Source: Nitrospirota bacterium (GTDB lineage: Bacteria > Nitrospirota > Nitrospiria > Nitrospirales > NS-4). From it: a stretch of DNA of 36,180 nt. A program made the position numbers and the translations under genes. Below, piece after piece: positions 16,808 through 26,150 of the stretch (position 1 is its first letter; every line of letters begins with the position of its first letter). Where the stretch lies: the NCBI GenBank assembly GCA_963788195.1, contig CAWBGA010000006.1, positions 1-36,180 of the forward strand, in the 5' to 3' direction. Below the pieces are notes generated by a model. That model was not told the DNA's origin. It saw nothing but the letters and a program-made list of their open reading frames with translations, and ran no database searches.

Positions 16808-17602
16808 TTATAAGCCCACCGCCGCTACTTCAGGCCATAGCCACGAGATCAGCTTTCCTATACCAAAACCGATACCGGCGGCAAGTGAGCCCAGCATCGT
16901 GACCTCCAGCCCGCTCCGGAACCATGGCTGCTTGGTCAGGGCGGTCTTCAGGACTCCGATGAAAAACAGCGCCAGCAGCGATACGACCACCGCGACCTTG
17001 AGCGCGGGTATCGGCTCCTGCATCACCAGATACGGCAGCAGCGGCGGAATACCGCCGGTCGTGAACGCTACCATCATCAGCAGTCCAATCGTGGCCGGGT
17101 TGACCTTCTCTTCAATAATGCCGAGTTCCTCGCGCATCATCGTATGCACCCAGAGGTCCTTATTCGAGGTGATGCGCCGCACGATCATTTCCACCTCGTC
17201 CGGCTGAAAGCCCAAACGTGCATAAATGTCGCGGATTTCCTTCCGCTCATCTTCCGGAACTTCCTCGATCTCACGCCGTTCCCGCGCCTTCTCGCTCTCG
17301 AAGAACTCCCGCTGAGACTTGCTCGCAAGGTAGGCGCCGATCCCCATGGACAGGGCCCCGGCCACAACCGAGGCGACACCCGCGAGCAGGACCAGGCGTG
17401 TCTGCATCAAGGAACCCGTCGCCCCGGCCACGAATCCGATCGTCGAGACCAAGCCGTCATTGATCCCGAACATCACCTCACGGATAAACCGGCCTTGCGG
17501 AGTATGCCAATCTTCGGTGTGGAACGGGGGACGAAAACGCCGGGCCGTCGGCACGGCTAGGATTGAAGATGTCGTTGGAAGAAGGACAGGGTTCGATTCC
17601 AC
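16808..17602 (-). CDS. VIT1/CCC1 family Fe/Mn transporter
   Basis: FGINDGLVS, AGALSMG.G.YL and MMREELG. Confidence 0.9.
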   Translation of the reverse strand: MESNPVLLPTTSSILAVPTARRFRPPFHTEDWHTPQGRFIREVMFGINDGLVSTIGFVAGATGSLMQTRLVLLAGVASVVAGALSMGIGAYLASKSQREFFESEKARERREIEEVPEDERKEIRDIYARLGFQPDEVEMIVRRITSNKDLWVHTMMREELGIIEEKVNPATIGLLMMVAFTTGGIPPLLPYLVMQEPIPALKVAVVVSLLALFFIGVLKTALTKQPWFRSGLEVTMLGSLAAGIGFGIGKLISWLWPEVAAVGL

Positions 17603-18273
17603 GCGTCTTCTGCTTCGGTGACGCGGTACACGTCCTTACGCGTGTCATTGAAGAACGCATGCGGGCACCCAGGGTACGTTTTTATCTCTCCCGGCTTATT
17701 GTATTTGCGCAGAGCGTCTCGCAGTCGCTCGACATCCGCTTTGGTGATCCAACCATCGTCCTCCCCGTAAATATAGAGCACCGGAGCCGCCAGGTTCTTT
17801 AAAGGCGCATCGGGATCGGGAACCTGTCCGTAAAAGACGACGGCGGCCTTGATCTCCCGGGTCGTGCACGGCAGCATCAGGGCATACGATCCACCCATGC
17901 AAAATCCGATGACGCCGATGCGGTTCGGATCGACACTGTCGAGGCTTTTGAGGTAAGTCACTGTCGCATTTAGATCCTTCAAGCCATCGGACTGTTGAAG
18001 CGCCTGCATCAGTTTGCCCGCTTCATTGGAGTCCGTTGTCACTTTATGGCCGAGCCTGGAAAACAGGTCCGGAGCGATCGCGACATAGCCCGCTCGGGCG
18101 AACCGGCGCGAAATGTCCTTGATATGCTCATTGAGACCCCACCATTCCTGGATGACGATGATGCCGGGGTGTGGTCCCTTGCCGGGTGGCTGAGCCACAT
18201 ACCCGGTCATCGTCACTCCCTCACCGGGAAAAGAGACCATGCGGTCAGTGATGCTTTCGCCGAGTGCCGCCAT
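17557..18273 (-). CDS. Dienelactone hydrolase family protein
   Basis: IQEWWGLN, GFCMGG and HAFFN. Confidence 0.9.
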   Translation of the reverse strand: MAALGESITDRMVSFPGEGVTMTGYVAQPPGKGPHPGIIVIQEWWGLNEHIKDISRRFARAGYVAIAPDLFSRLGHKVTTDSNEAGKLMQALQQSDGLKDLNATVTYLKSLDSVDPNRIGVIGFCMGGSYALMLPCTTREIKAAVVFYGQVPDPDAPLKNLAAPVLYIYGEDDGWITKADVERLRDALRKYNKPGEIKTYPGCPHAFFNDTRKDVYRVTEAEDAWNRTLSFFQRHLQS

Positions 18274-18284
18274 CTCTCGTTAGC

Positions 18285-19625
18285 CTACCCGCCCGCAACC
18301 GTCATTTCATTGATCTTCACGGTCGGGCTTGCGACTCTTCCACGGAAGACCAGATCATTGCCGATCATCTCCACTCCCAAGAACATGTCTTTGAGGTTAC
18401 CAGCGATCGTAATTTCCTCAACAGGGTACGCCAACTCACCATTTTCGATCCAGAATCCCACCGCTCCCCGTGAATAATCCCCTGTCACCATATTGATCCC
18501 AAAGCCGACTAACTCCGTCACATAGAGGCCGCGCTTGACCGACCCGATAATCTGCTCGGGGGTCGCAGCACCAGGCACCAGGTAGAAATTCGTCGCACCC
18601 GCGGATGGCGCTTCCCCAACGCTCCGGGACGCATTTCCCGTCGAGGAGAGCTTGAGCTTGCGGGCCGCGTAGGTATCCAAAAGATAGGACTTTAAGACGC
18701 CGCGCTCCACCACCACTGTTTTGCGGGTAGGAAGACCCTCGCCGTCAAATGGCTTCGAGCCAAGGCCCCCAGTTATCCTGCCATCATCCATGATCGTGAC
18801 GGACGCGGCGGCGATCTGTTCCCCCAACCGGCCAATCAGATAAGAGGCGCCTTTATAGATCGCATACCCGTTCACGGCGCTGCAGAGGTTTCCCAAAAAG
18901 CTGCCCGCCATTTCTGAATCAAAGACGATCGGAACGCGGCACGTGGACACTTTCCGTGCTCCGAGTCTACGAACGGTACGCCGTCCTGCCTCGCGCCCGA
19001 TGGTGTCAGGCGGATCCAACAGCGACAGCTTGCGCCCCACCGAGTACCAGTAGTCCCGCTGCATCAGACCCTCTTCAACGGCGATGGGAGACACCGAGCA
19101 TGAAAAGTTCGAGCTTTTAAAGTCCCCGTAAAATCCCTGGCTGTTGGCAAACACGGTCCGCCCGGTCACGTAGCCGAATTCCGCCCCTTCTGAATTCTTG
19201 AGACGCGGGTCGACTCCTAACGCCGCTTGCTCAGCCCGTGTGGCCCGGTCAATCATCTGATCCATCGAAATTGCGGTGGAGTCATAAAGATCCAGATCGG
19301 GAGGCGCTGATGCGAGGCTCTCGCGATCCGGAAGACCTGCGTCGGGATCTTCAACGATCGCCTCGGCCAACGCGCATGTGGTCGCAACAAGATTGTCTAA
19401 CGCCGGCGGCGAAAAATCCGACGTCGAGCCCCCCGCTGAGCGCTGGCCGAAATAAACCCGGAGACCCAAACGCTTCTCCTGGGCCTTCGACAATTTATCG
19501 ACGGCAGACAGGCGTATCTGCACAGACGCAGAGTCGCCCTCGACCGCGACGACATCAACGGCGGTAGCGCCTCTTTTTCGTGCCCTCTCGATCACATCGT
19601 CGGTGAAATTTTGATCAATGCGCAT
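18285..19625 (-). CDS. pmbA: PmbA/TldE metalloprotease subunit
   Basis: PFDGEG, STGNA.R and TGDYSRGA.GFWIENG; lacks HExxH; adjacent to tldD. Confidence 0.9.
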   Translation of the reverse strand: MRIDQNFTDDVIERARKRGATAVDVVAVEGDSASVQIRLSAVDKLSKAQEKRLGLRVYFGQRSAGGSTSDFSPPALDNLVATTCALAEAIVEDPDAGLPDRESLASAPPDLDLYDSTAISMDQMIDRATRAEQAALGVDPRLKNSEGAEFGYVTGRTVFANSQGFYGDFKSSNFSCSVSPIAVEEGLMQRDYWYSVGRKLSLLDPPDTIGREAGRRTVRRLGARKVSTCRVPIVFDSEMAGSFLGNLCSAVNGYAIYKGASYLIGRLGEQIAAASVTIMDDGRITGGLGSKPFDGEGLPTRKTVVVERGVLKSYLLDTYAARKLKLSSTGNASRSVGEAPSAGATNFYLVPGAATPEQIIGSVKRGLYVTELVGFGINMVTGDYSRGAVGFWIENGELAYPVEEITIAGNLKDMFLGVEMIGNDLVFRGRVASPTVKINEMTVAGG

Positions 19626-21070
19626 TATGCCACCTGAGTTCCGCCGACCGTGATCTCGTCGACCTTAATCGTCGGAAGACCTACACCGACCGGCACCGAC
19701 TGCCCATCTTTCCCGCAGGTGCCGATGCCTTCGTCGAGCCGCATATCATTCCCTACCATGGAGACTTTCTTGAGAATCTCCGGTCCGCTGCCAATCAAGG
19801 TCGCCCCCTTCACAGGGCGTGTGACCTTGCCGTCCTCAATTAAATAGGCCTCGCTCGTCGAGAAGACGAATTTTCCGTTTGTAATATCCACCTGGCCGCC
19901 ACCAAACGATACCGCGTACAGCCCGCGCTTCACCGACCGTACGATGTCGCCCGGATCGGATTGCCCCGGCAACATAAAGGTATTCGTCATCCGGGGCATA
20001 GGGATACACTGGAAACTTTCCCGCCGGCCGTTCCCAGTCAGCGGAATGCCCATCAGCCGCGCGTTCAGCTTGTCTGTGATGTAACCCCGCAGGATTCCGT
20101 CCTCAATTAACACGGTGCGGCTGGTCGGCGTGCCCTCATCATCTACATTCAAGGAACCGCGTCGAAATGCCAGTGTGCCGTCATCCACGATCGTACAGAG
20201 ATCCGAGGCTACTCGCTGGTTCACGCGATCAGAAAATGCCGACGTTTTCTTGCGATTGAAATCGGCTTCCAACCCATGGCCTATGGCTTCGTGCAAGAGA
20301 ATGCCGGGCCAGCCTGCGCCCAGCACAACGGTCATCGGTCCGGCCGGAGCATCCCCCGCGCTAAGATTCAGGATGGCCTGGCGGGCGGCCTCGCGGGTGT
20401 AACGTTCCCACCGCCCTTCCTCAAAAAAGAACCCGAACTCGGAGCGCCCACCGCCACCGTATGTGCCCATTTGCCGCAGACCGTTTTCCTCCGCGATACA
20501 GGTGATCTGCAGGCGGGACAAGGGTTGCACATCGCCCACGATCTCGCCTTCCGAGTTAGCGACCATCACCATTTTGTATTCGGTGGTGAACGACGCCATG
20601 ACATTCTTGATGCGCGGGTCGTAGGCACGAGCCAGGACATCAATTTTCTGCAACAACGACACCTTCTCCTCGGTATCAATGTCTGTGGCGGGTTGACCGA
20701 CAGGGTACAGGTCCTGAGACGGCTTTCCCACGCGTACGGCGGGAACCTGACCCTCGCCAACCGGCGAACGGGCAATATACCTGGCCGTATCGGCGGCCTG
20801 TTCCAATTGGGAAAGGCTGATCTCGTCGCTATACGCATAGCCGGTCTTTTCACCAGCCGTCGCTCGCACGCCGACGCCTTGCGAGATGCTCCTGGACGCG
20901 CGTTTTACGAGACTCTCCTCCATGGAAACAGACTCGGCCACCGTGTGCTCAAAGTACAAATCGGCATAGTCCACATCGCGGACTTTCACTTTCCCCATTA
21001 CGTTCTGCACCTCGCGGCCGGTGATTCCGAACTCCTCGAGGTACTGCTTATCTGGTTTCATATCAGGCAT
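19625..21070 (-). CDS. tldD: TldD metalloprotease
   Basis: HEAIGHGLEADF, DDEG, PRMTNT and CGKDGQ; start moved to ATG 21070. Confidence 0.92.
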   Translation of the reverse strand: MPDMKPDKQYLEEFGITGREVQNVMGKVKVRDVDYADLYFEHTVAESVSMEESLVKRASRSISQGVGVRATAGEKTGYAYSDEISLSQLEQAADTARYIARSPVGEGQVPAVRVGKPSQDLYPVGQPATDIDTEEKVSLLQKIDVLARAYDPRIKNVMASFTTEYKMVMVANSEGEIVGDVQPLSRLQITCIAEENGLRQMGTYGGGGRSEFGFFFEEGRWERYTREAARQAILNLSAGDAPAGPMTVVLGAGWPGILLHEAIGHGLEADFNRKKTSAFSDRVNQRVASDLCTIVDDGTLAFRRGSLNVDDEGTPTSRTVLIEDGILRGYITDKLNARLMGIPLTGNGRRESFQCIPMPRMTNTFMLPGQSDPGDIVRSVKRGLYAVSFGGGQVDITNGKFVFSTSEAYLIEDGKVTRPVKGATLIGSGPEILKKVSMVGNDMRLDEGIGTCGKDGQSVPVGVGLPTIKVDEITVGGTQVA

Positions 21071-21126
21071 TGACTCATCTCCGGCTGCATTGATGTCGCG
21101 GTCCGTCGTGTTTCTTATAGTATATC

Positions 21127-21405
21127 TTACACCTTGTTGCGTTTGCGCATTTCCTCTTGAAAGCCCTTGCGATACAGGGTTTCCCATTCCGTGGTTCCCT
21201 CCGTCAGCGGCCTGGAGTAGGAAGCAAGCCGGCGTCGTACAGCCACGTCCGCCTCGTCTTCGGCTTTTAGTTCGCCGGTCAAGACCCGTTTGATCTCACG
21301 CAACGCAACGGGCTCTTCGACCTTGAGCCGGGCGTGCCCCGGAGCTTTCAGATGATTTAGAATAAGATGGGAAAGGTGACTGATCTTCTCATCGCTCAAG
21401 ACCAT
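21127..21405 (-). CDS. DUF507-family protein
   Basis: MVLSDEKISHLSH...SYSR...EG..EW..LY. The upstream extension in the ORF track is repeat-derived. Confidence 0.8.
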   Translation of the reverse strand: MVLSDEKISHLSHLILNHLKAPGHARLKVEEPVALREIKRVLTGELKAEDEADVAVRRRLASYSRPLTEGTTEWETLYRKGFQEEMRKRNKV

Positions 21406-21407
21406 AA

Positions 21408-21582
21408 CACCCACCCACCCTGGGATGCGCCAAGACGCATCCCTTTGCCCCTGACACCCACCCACTCCTGGGATGCTATTTCACCCACCCTGCCCCAAGC
21501 CTGCCGAGACAGGCTTTGACCCGCGGGACGCATCCCTTTGCCCCTGACACCTGAAGGCTGCCAAGACAGCCTTCTTTTCCCC
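21408..21582. repeat. Cluster of four CACCC-hairpin repeat units, one nested
   Basis: gggatgcg-CCAAGA-cgcatccc; outer gggatgc...gacgcatccc interrupted by aagcctg-CCGAGA-caggctt; gaaggctg-CCAAGA-cagccttc. Confidence 0.85.
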
Positions 21583-21863
21583 TAGAGAATGACATTTCTA
21601 TCCCGCACAAGCTGTTTTTTGATCATCTGGAACAATTGATGCTCGTCGACCTGCCCTTTGGCGATCTCCATACTATGCTGTCGCATGAGCTCCTTCGCTT
21701 CCGCATTGATGCGATCCTCAACACTCAGTTCGTGAACCATGACACGTTCCAGGGAGGTGACCAGAGCCTTTCTCTCCAGAATGGGATCCAGCATCTGGGC
21801 GGCAACCAGTTTGTCCACCAGAAGTCCGGCCAGACCGGCGACGCGCTCCGGAGAGATTCTCAT
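21582..21863 (-). CDS. DUF507-family protein
   Basis: MRIS.ERV...ED.IN.EA..L...LF.MIKKQL......L pattern; paired with the paralog. Confidence 0.8.
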   Translation of the reverse strand: MRISPERVAGLAGLLVDKLVAAQMLDPILERKALVTSLERVMVHELSVEDRINAEAKELMRQHSMEIAKGQVDEHQLFQMIKKQLVRDRNVIL

Positions 21864-22243
21864 GCTCGCTCCATTCTAATCATAGAAGCTCCCGTGGCGG
21901 TTCTCAGTTTGGTGGCATCACCGTTGATTTTTCCGACAATGTTGACACGGTCTGCGGGGACAGGGTCCGCTCCGGTACTTACCGGCGTTCTGCCGAAAAA
22001 GATCGCAATGGATTGGCCATTCCCCCAGTAGGCAATGTCCCCCACAGCCACCTTCAGGGTCGCCGTCTCGCGATGATCTTTGATCAACGGAATTTTGAAA
22101 TAAAATTCGTCCCCCCACGCATTCAAGGCGGCTTCCACGGGCAGGAGATCGTAAATAGCCTTAGCCGTCCGCGTGGATTTTAGTTCACCATCCAGCGTCA
22201 CGGCACCGACCAGAATTTTGATCCGCAGCGACTCCTCGCTCAT
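21860..22243 (-). CDS. Cyclophilin-like fold protein (TM1367/DUF369-like)
   Basis: LP....WGDEFYF...GDIAYW.....IFFG.TP; ATG 22243 with AGGAG RBS. Confidence 0.8.
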   Translation of the reverse strand: MSEESLRIKILVGAVTLDGELKSTRTAKAIYDLLPVEAALNAWGDEFYFKIPLIKDHRETATLKVAVGDIAYWGNGQSIAIFFGRTPVSTGADPVPADRVNIVGKINGDATKLRTATGASMIRMERA

Positions 22244-22342
22244 GGCTCCTGGTATTTGTTTGACGCATGTCACGCCTGCGTCCGAAAGCTATTTCAGCTT
22301 GTTTTTCAATGAAAAGCAAGGCTAGAATAGCCCGAAATAGGT

Positions 22343-22906
22343 GTGCAATTTGTGATCGCCGGCAATCTCCTGAACTTCCTAACTAAAGTTATCATGGCCG
22401 TGACTGTGGTTGTCGTGAGCACGTCCCCTCGCGCGCTCGCGGAAACCTATCGCTGGACCGATGCGAATGGTAACGTCGGATTTGCCGACAGTCTCCAGCA
22501 GGTGCCGCCGCAATATCGGGAATCGGCTCGCCGCGTTGACGGCAAATCATCAGCAGCTCCCCGCTCGAAAACTTTTCAAACTGTTCCTTCTGATCCGAGC
22601 GGCATCGCCAGCCCTCCTCCTGGCGACTCCGAGGAGATATATGCAGTATGGCGGGATCGCATGAACCGCGCGCGCGAGGACCTCGAGCAGCTCAAGATTC
22701 GACGGGACAGTACTCAGAAAGAATACGATGCCCTCAGAGGGGAGCGTTTTGGGAAACTCTTCGCTGATCCCGAAGTGGATGCGAGACATCGCGCAAAGCT
22801 TGCTGAACTGGACGAGCAGATCGGCGAGAAAGAGCGTGCTCTGTCGACCACCATTCCCGATGAAGCGCGCAAGGCGGGCATTCCCCCGGGCGTGCTGAGT
22901 CAGTGA
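22343..22906 (+). CDS. DUF4124-domain exported protein with coiled coil
   Basis: ETYRWTDANG.V.FAD....VP..YR; start uncertain. Confidence 0.75.
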   Translation: MQFVIAGNLLNFLTKVIMAVTVVVVSTSPRALAETYRWTDANGNVGFADSLQQVPPQYRESARRVDGKSSAAPRSKTFQTVPSDPSGIASPPPGDSEEIYAVWRDRMNRAREDLEQLKIRRDSTQKEYDALRGERFGKLFADPEVDARHRAKLAELDEQIGEKERALSTTIPDEARKAGIPPGVLSQ

Positions 22907-22925
22907 CGCAACCCACCGAGTCTCT

Positions 22926-25655
22926 TTGACCGTGAGCACTGGCCGCCTCGGGTTAATCGCCGCTCTCTTCTTCTTACTTGCCGTTTCCTTCGCAAACTCC
23001 CTGGCCCTGTATGTAGATTGGCTCTGGTTCGGAGAAGTGGGTTATCGGCCGGTCTTTGTAACCCTCTTATCATCTCAGCTCCTCGTCGGGGGCGCTTTCG
23101 GCCTCATTTTCTTCGCAGTGTTCTTTGCTAATGTGATCCTGGCCGGTCGCCATCAACCGACTCGCTATTGGGGCACGATGGAGAGCCTGTTGCTTCTGCG
23201 CTTCGCTGAACCCGTCAGGGCGCGTCTGGTTCAGATAGTCGGCGGCGCTTCACTCGTTTTCGCCCTCGTAGCTGCGCTGGGGGGAGCCTCCCATTGGGAA
23301 GAATACTTGCTTTATCGGAACGCGCTGCCGTTCGGACGCAACGACCCGCTTTTCGGCCAAGACCTCGCATTTTACGTTTTTCGGCTGCCGTTCCTTACGT
23401 ACGTTCAGGACTGGCTCATGGGCCTGGTTCTCCTCACCACCGCTGCGGTGCTGACCGTGTATCTGATGACGCAGGCGATCGTGGTGGCACGGCGTACCGT
23501 GCATATGGAGAGTTTCGCGCGACGGCACCTGGGGATGCTCCTGGCCATACTCGCCGCACTTAAGGCCTGGGGGTACCACCTTGACGCTTACGACCTGCTC
23601 TACTCGCGACGTGGCGTGGTATTCGGCGCGGTCTATGCCGATGTTCACGCCGCTCTCCCGATTCTCAAGAGCCTGGTGGTCCTCTGTGCGCTGGTCGCGC
23701 TGACTTTTCTGATTTTTGCAGTGCGTGGGATCTGGCGCCCGGCAGCGATCGGGACAGCGCTGACCATTCTCGTAGGGACGGTTGGCTTGGGACTCTATCC
23801 TGAATTCATCCATCGTTTTCAGGTCGTCCCCAATGAGAGCGCCATGGAGCGGCCATACATCCAGCACAACATCGAATTGACTCGTCTTGGCTTTGGCGTG
23901 GCGGATGTTCAGGAGGAGCTTTTCCCGGCGAAGCAGGAACTGGCGGCAGAGGATATAGCCCGCAATCATTTGACGATCAAGAACGTGCGGCTGTGGGATC
24001 ATCGGCCCCTACTCGCCACGTACAAGCAGCTCCAACAGATCCGGACGTACTATGATTTTGTAGATGTCGATAATGATCGCTACTTGATCAACGGAGAATA
24101 CCGGCAGATCATGCTCTCGCCGCGGGAACTAGCGTACCGGAATCTGCCGAGCCGTATTTGGATCAATGAGCACCTCACCTACACCCATGGGTACGGCGTC
24201 GCTCTTGGTCCGGTAAACCGGATCTCGGCGGAAGGCTTGCCGGAGTTTTTCATTCGCGATATTCCGCCGATCTCGACCATCGATCTGAAGGTGACCCGGC
24301 CGGAGATTTATTTCGGAGAGATCCCGAACGATTATGTCTTCGTCCGAACAAAAGCCGCGGAGTTCGATTACCCGTCAGGCGAAAAAAATGTGATGTCGAC
24401 GTATTCGGGACCTGGAGGGGTCTCGGGCCTATCTTTTCCGCGCAAACTCCTTTTCGCCGCCTACTTCGGGAGTTTAAAGATCATCCTCTCAAACGACATT
24501 ACGAGCGACTCACGTATTCTTTACAATCGACAGATTCGGCAACGGGTGGCGAAAGTCGCGCCGTTTCTCCGGCTTGATGAAGACTCCTATCTGGTCATAG
24601 CTAAGGATGGACGACTCGTGTGGCTCGTTGACGGGTATACCACCACGGACCGCTTTCCTTATGCACAACCCGTCGGCCGGGTCGGCAACTACATCCGAAA
24701 CTCGGTGAAAGCTTCAGTGGACGCCTATGACGGGTCGGTGAATCTGTACATCAGCGATCCGCACGACCCACTGGTGCAAGCGTATCAAAAGATCTTTCCG
24801 GGGCTCCTCAAACCCTTAGCGGACATGCCGGAAGACCTCAAAGCGCATCTGCGGTATCCTCAAGACTTGTTCAATATCCAGTCGCACGTCTTCGCGACCT
24901 ACCACATGCAAGACCCACAAAGTTTCTACAACAAGGAAGATCTTTGGAACATTCCTAAGAAAAACGACAAGGACATGGAGCCGTACTACACCATTATGCG
25001 GCTCCCGAAGACCGGCACGGAGACAGAACGGAAAGAGGAATTCATCCTGTTGGTGCCGTTTACCCCCGCAAAACGGGACAACATGGCCGCCTGGCTCGCC
25101 GCCCGCTCTGACACGCCGAATTACGGGAAGTTGATCGTGTATCTGTTCCCCAAACAGAAGCTCGTGTATGGGCCGAGACAGGTCGAAGCTCGAATCGATC
25201 AGGACTCGGCGATCTCTCAGCAGATCACGTTATGGAGTCAACGCGGCTCTCAGGTGATTCGCGGGAGCTTGCTCGCGATTCCTATCGAAGATGCGTTGTT
25301 GTACGTCCAACCGCTCTATCTGTCGGCGTCCGAGGGGGCGCTCCCGGAGCTACGGCGCGTGATCGTCGCGTATGGCAATCAGCTCAATATGGCGCCGAAT
25401 CTGGAAGCTGCGTTGGAAGGAATCTTCGGACGCGCTGCGACCGCGACGATCAAAGAGACAGCCGTCGCCACTGCCATCGCCCCTGCGGCCGGGGTGGTCA
25501 AACCGTCGCGGCCACCGCCCGCATCAGCGCTGGCCCAAGAGGCTCTGGATCATTTCAATAAGGCGCAAGCGGCGTTGAAAGAGCAGGACTGGAGCCGCTA
25601 TGGCGACGAGCTTCGAAAAATGCGCCTCGTCCTGGAAGATTTAGCCAAGCAATAA
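22926..25655 (+). CDS. UPF0182 family membrane protein
   Basis: DWLWF.EVGY, DPLFG.D..FY.F.LP, NVRLWD, YTHGYG and NYIRNSVKA.VDAYDG. Confidence 0.92.
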   Translation: MTVSTGRLGLIAALFFLLAVSFANSLALYVDWLWFGEVGYRPVFVTLLSSQLLVGGAFGLIFFAVFFANVILAGRHQPTRYWGTMESLLLLRFAEPVRARLVQIVGGASLVFALVAALGGASHWEEYLLYRNALPFGRNDPLFGQDLAFYVFRLPFLTYVQDWLMGLVLLTTAAVLTVYLMTQAIVVARRTVHMESFARRHLGMLLAILAALKAWGYHLDAYDLLYSRRGVVFGAVYADVHAALPILKSLVVLCALVALTFLIFAVRGIWRPAAIGTALTILVGTVGLGLYPEFIHRFQVVPNESAMERPYIQHNIELTRLGFGVADVQEELFPAKQELAAEDIARNHLTIKNVRLWDHRPLLATYKQLQQIRTYYDFVDVDNDRYLINGEYRQIMLSPRELAYRNLPSRIWINEHLTYTHGYGVALGPVNRISAEGLPEFFIRDIPPISTIDLKVTRPEIYFGEIPNDYVFVRTKAAEFDYPSGEKNVMSTYSGPGGVSGLSFPRKLLFAAYFGSLKIILSNDITSDSRILYNRQIRQRVAKVAPFLRLDEDSYLVIAKDGRLVWLVDGYTTTDRFPYAQPVGRVGNYIRNSVKASVDAYDGSVNLYISDPHDPLVQAYQKIFPGLLKPLADMPEDLKAHLRYPQDLFNIQSHVFATYHMQDPQSFYNKEDLWNIPKKNDKDMEPYYTIMRLPKTGTETERKEEFILLVPFTPAKRDNMAAWLAARSDTPNYGKLIVYLFPKQKLVYGPRQVEARIDQDSAISQQITLWSQRGSQVIRGSLLAIPIEDALLYVQPLYLSASEGALPELRRVIVAYGNQLNMAPNLEAALEGIFGRAATATIKETAVATAIAPAAGVVKPSRPPPASALAQEALDHFNKAQAALKEQDWSRYGDELRKMRLVLEDLAKQ

Positions 25656-25676
25656 GCGCACAAACCAGCTCCACCC

Positions 25677-25823
25677 CTACGCCGCCTTCTTCACTTCTTC
25701 CGTATCGGCATCGCGATCGACCTCGGGTGCCGTCGACACCTCATGGACAGTCGTCACTTCAAACATCGCCAGCCCCAGCATTCCAAACAGCATCACGGCC
25801 GTCATCATTATTCCCCATGCCAT
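25677..25823 (-). CDS. Small single-TM protein (48 aa) ending KKAA
   Basis: MAWGIMMTAVMLFGMLGLAMFEVTTVHEVSTAPEVDRDADTEEVKKAA*; GGGAGGTGA RBS; sigma54 site upstream. Confidence 0.7.
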   Translation of the reverse strand: MAWGIMMTAVMLFGMLGLAMFEVTTVHEVSTAPEVDRDADTEEVKKAA

Positions 25824-25874
25824 TTTACTCACCTCCCTTGTCTTGCAGAGTGTCTTGATCCCGTCCCTAAGCTG

Positions 25875-25890
25875 TGCAAGCCGTATGCCA
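25875..25890 (-). promoter_or_regulatory. sigma54 promoter of the small protein gene
   Basis: Minus strand TGGCATACGGCTTGCA. Confidence 0.75.
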
Positions 25891-26150
25891 GTGGCTGAGG
25901 TCCTATTGCTCGAATTTTACCGATGTGTTCCGTGCGTTTGGAGTTCTCTAGGATTGCCCCGTCCTTGACACCGCCCGAATGTGATACGCACGCGATCGCT
26001 TTCGATACAAGTCTCAGCTATGTCAAACATGTCTGTACGGATGAGGCGTGAAACCCACCGGAGGAGGAAGAACTTTTCTTAAACCTTGAGACGTAGTGTC
26101 TTTTATTTGACCCCACAAAGTTGTTATACTGAAATTGAACCGCAGGCCAC

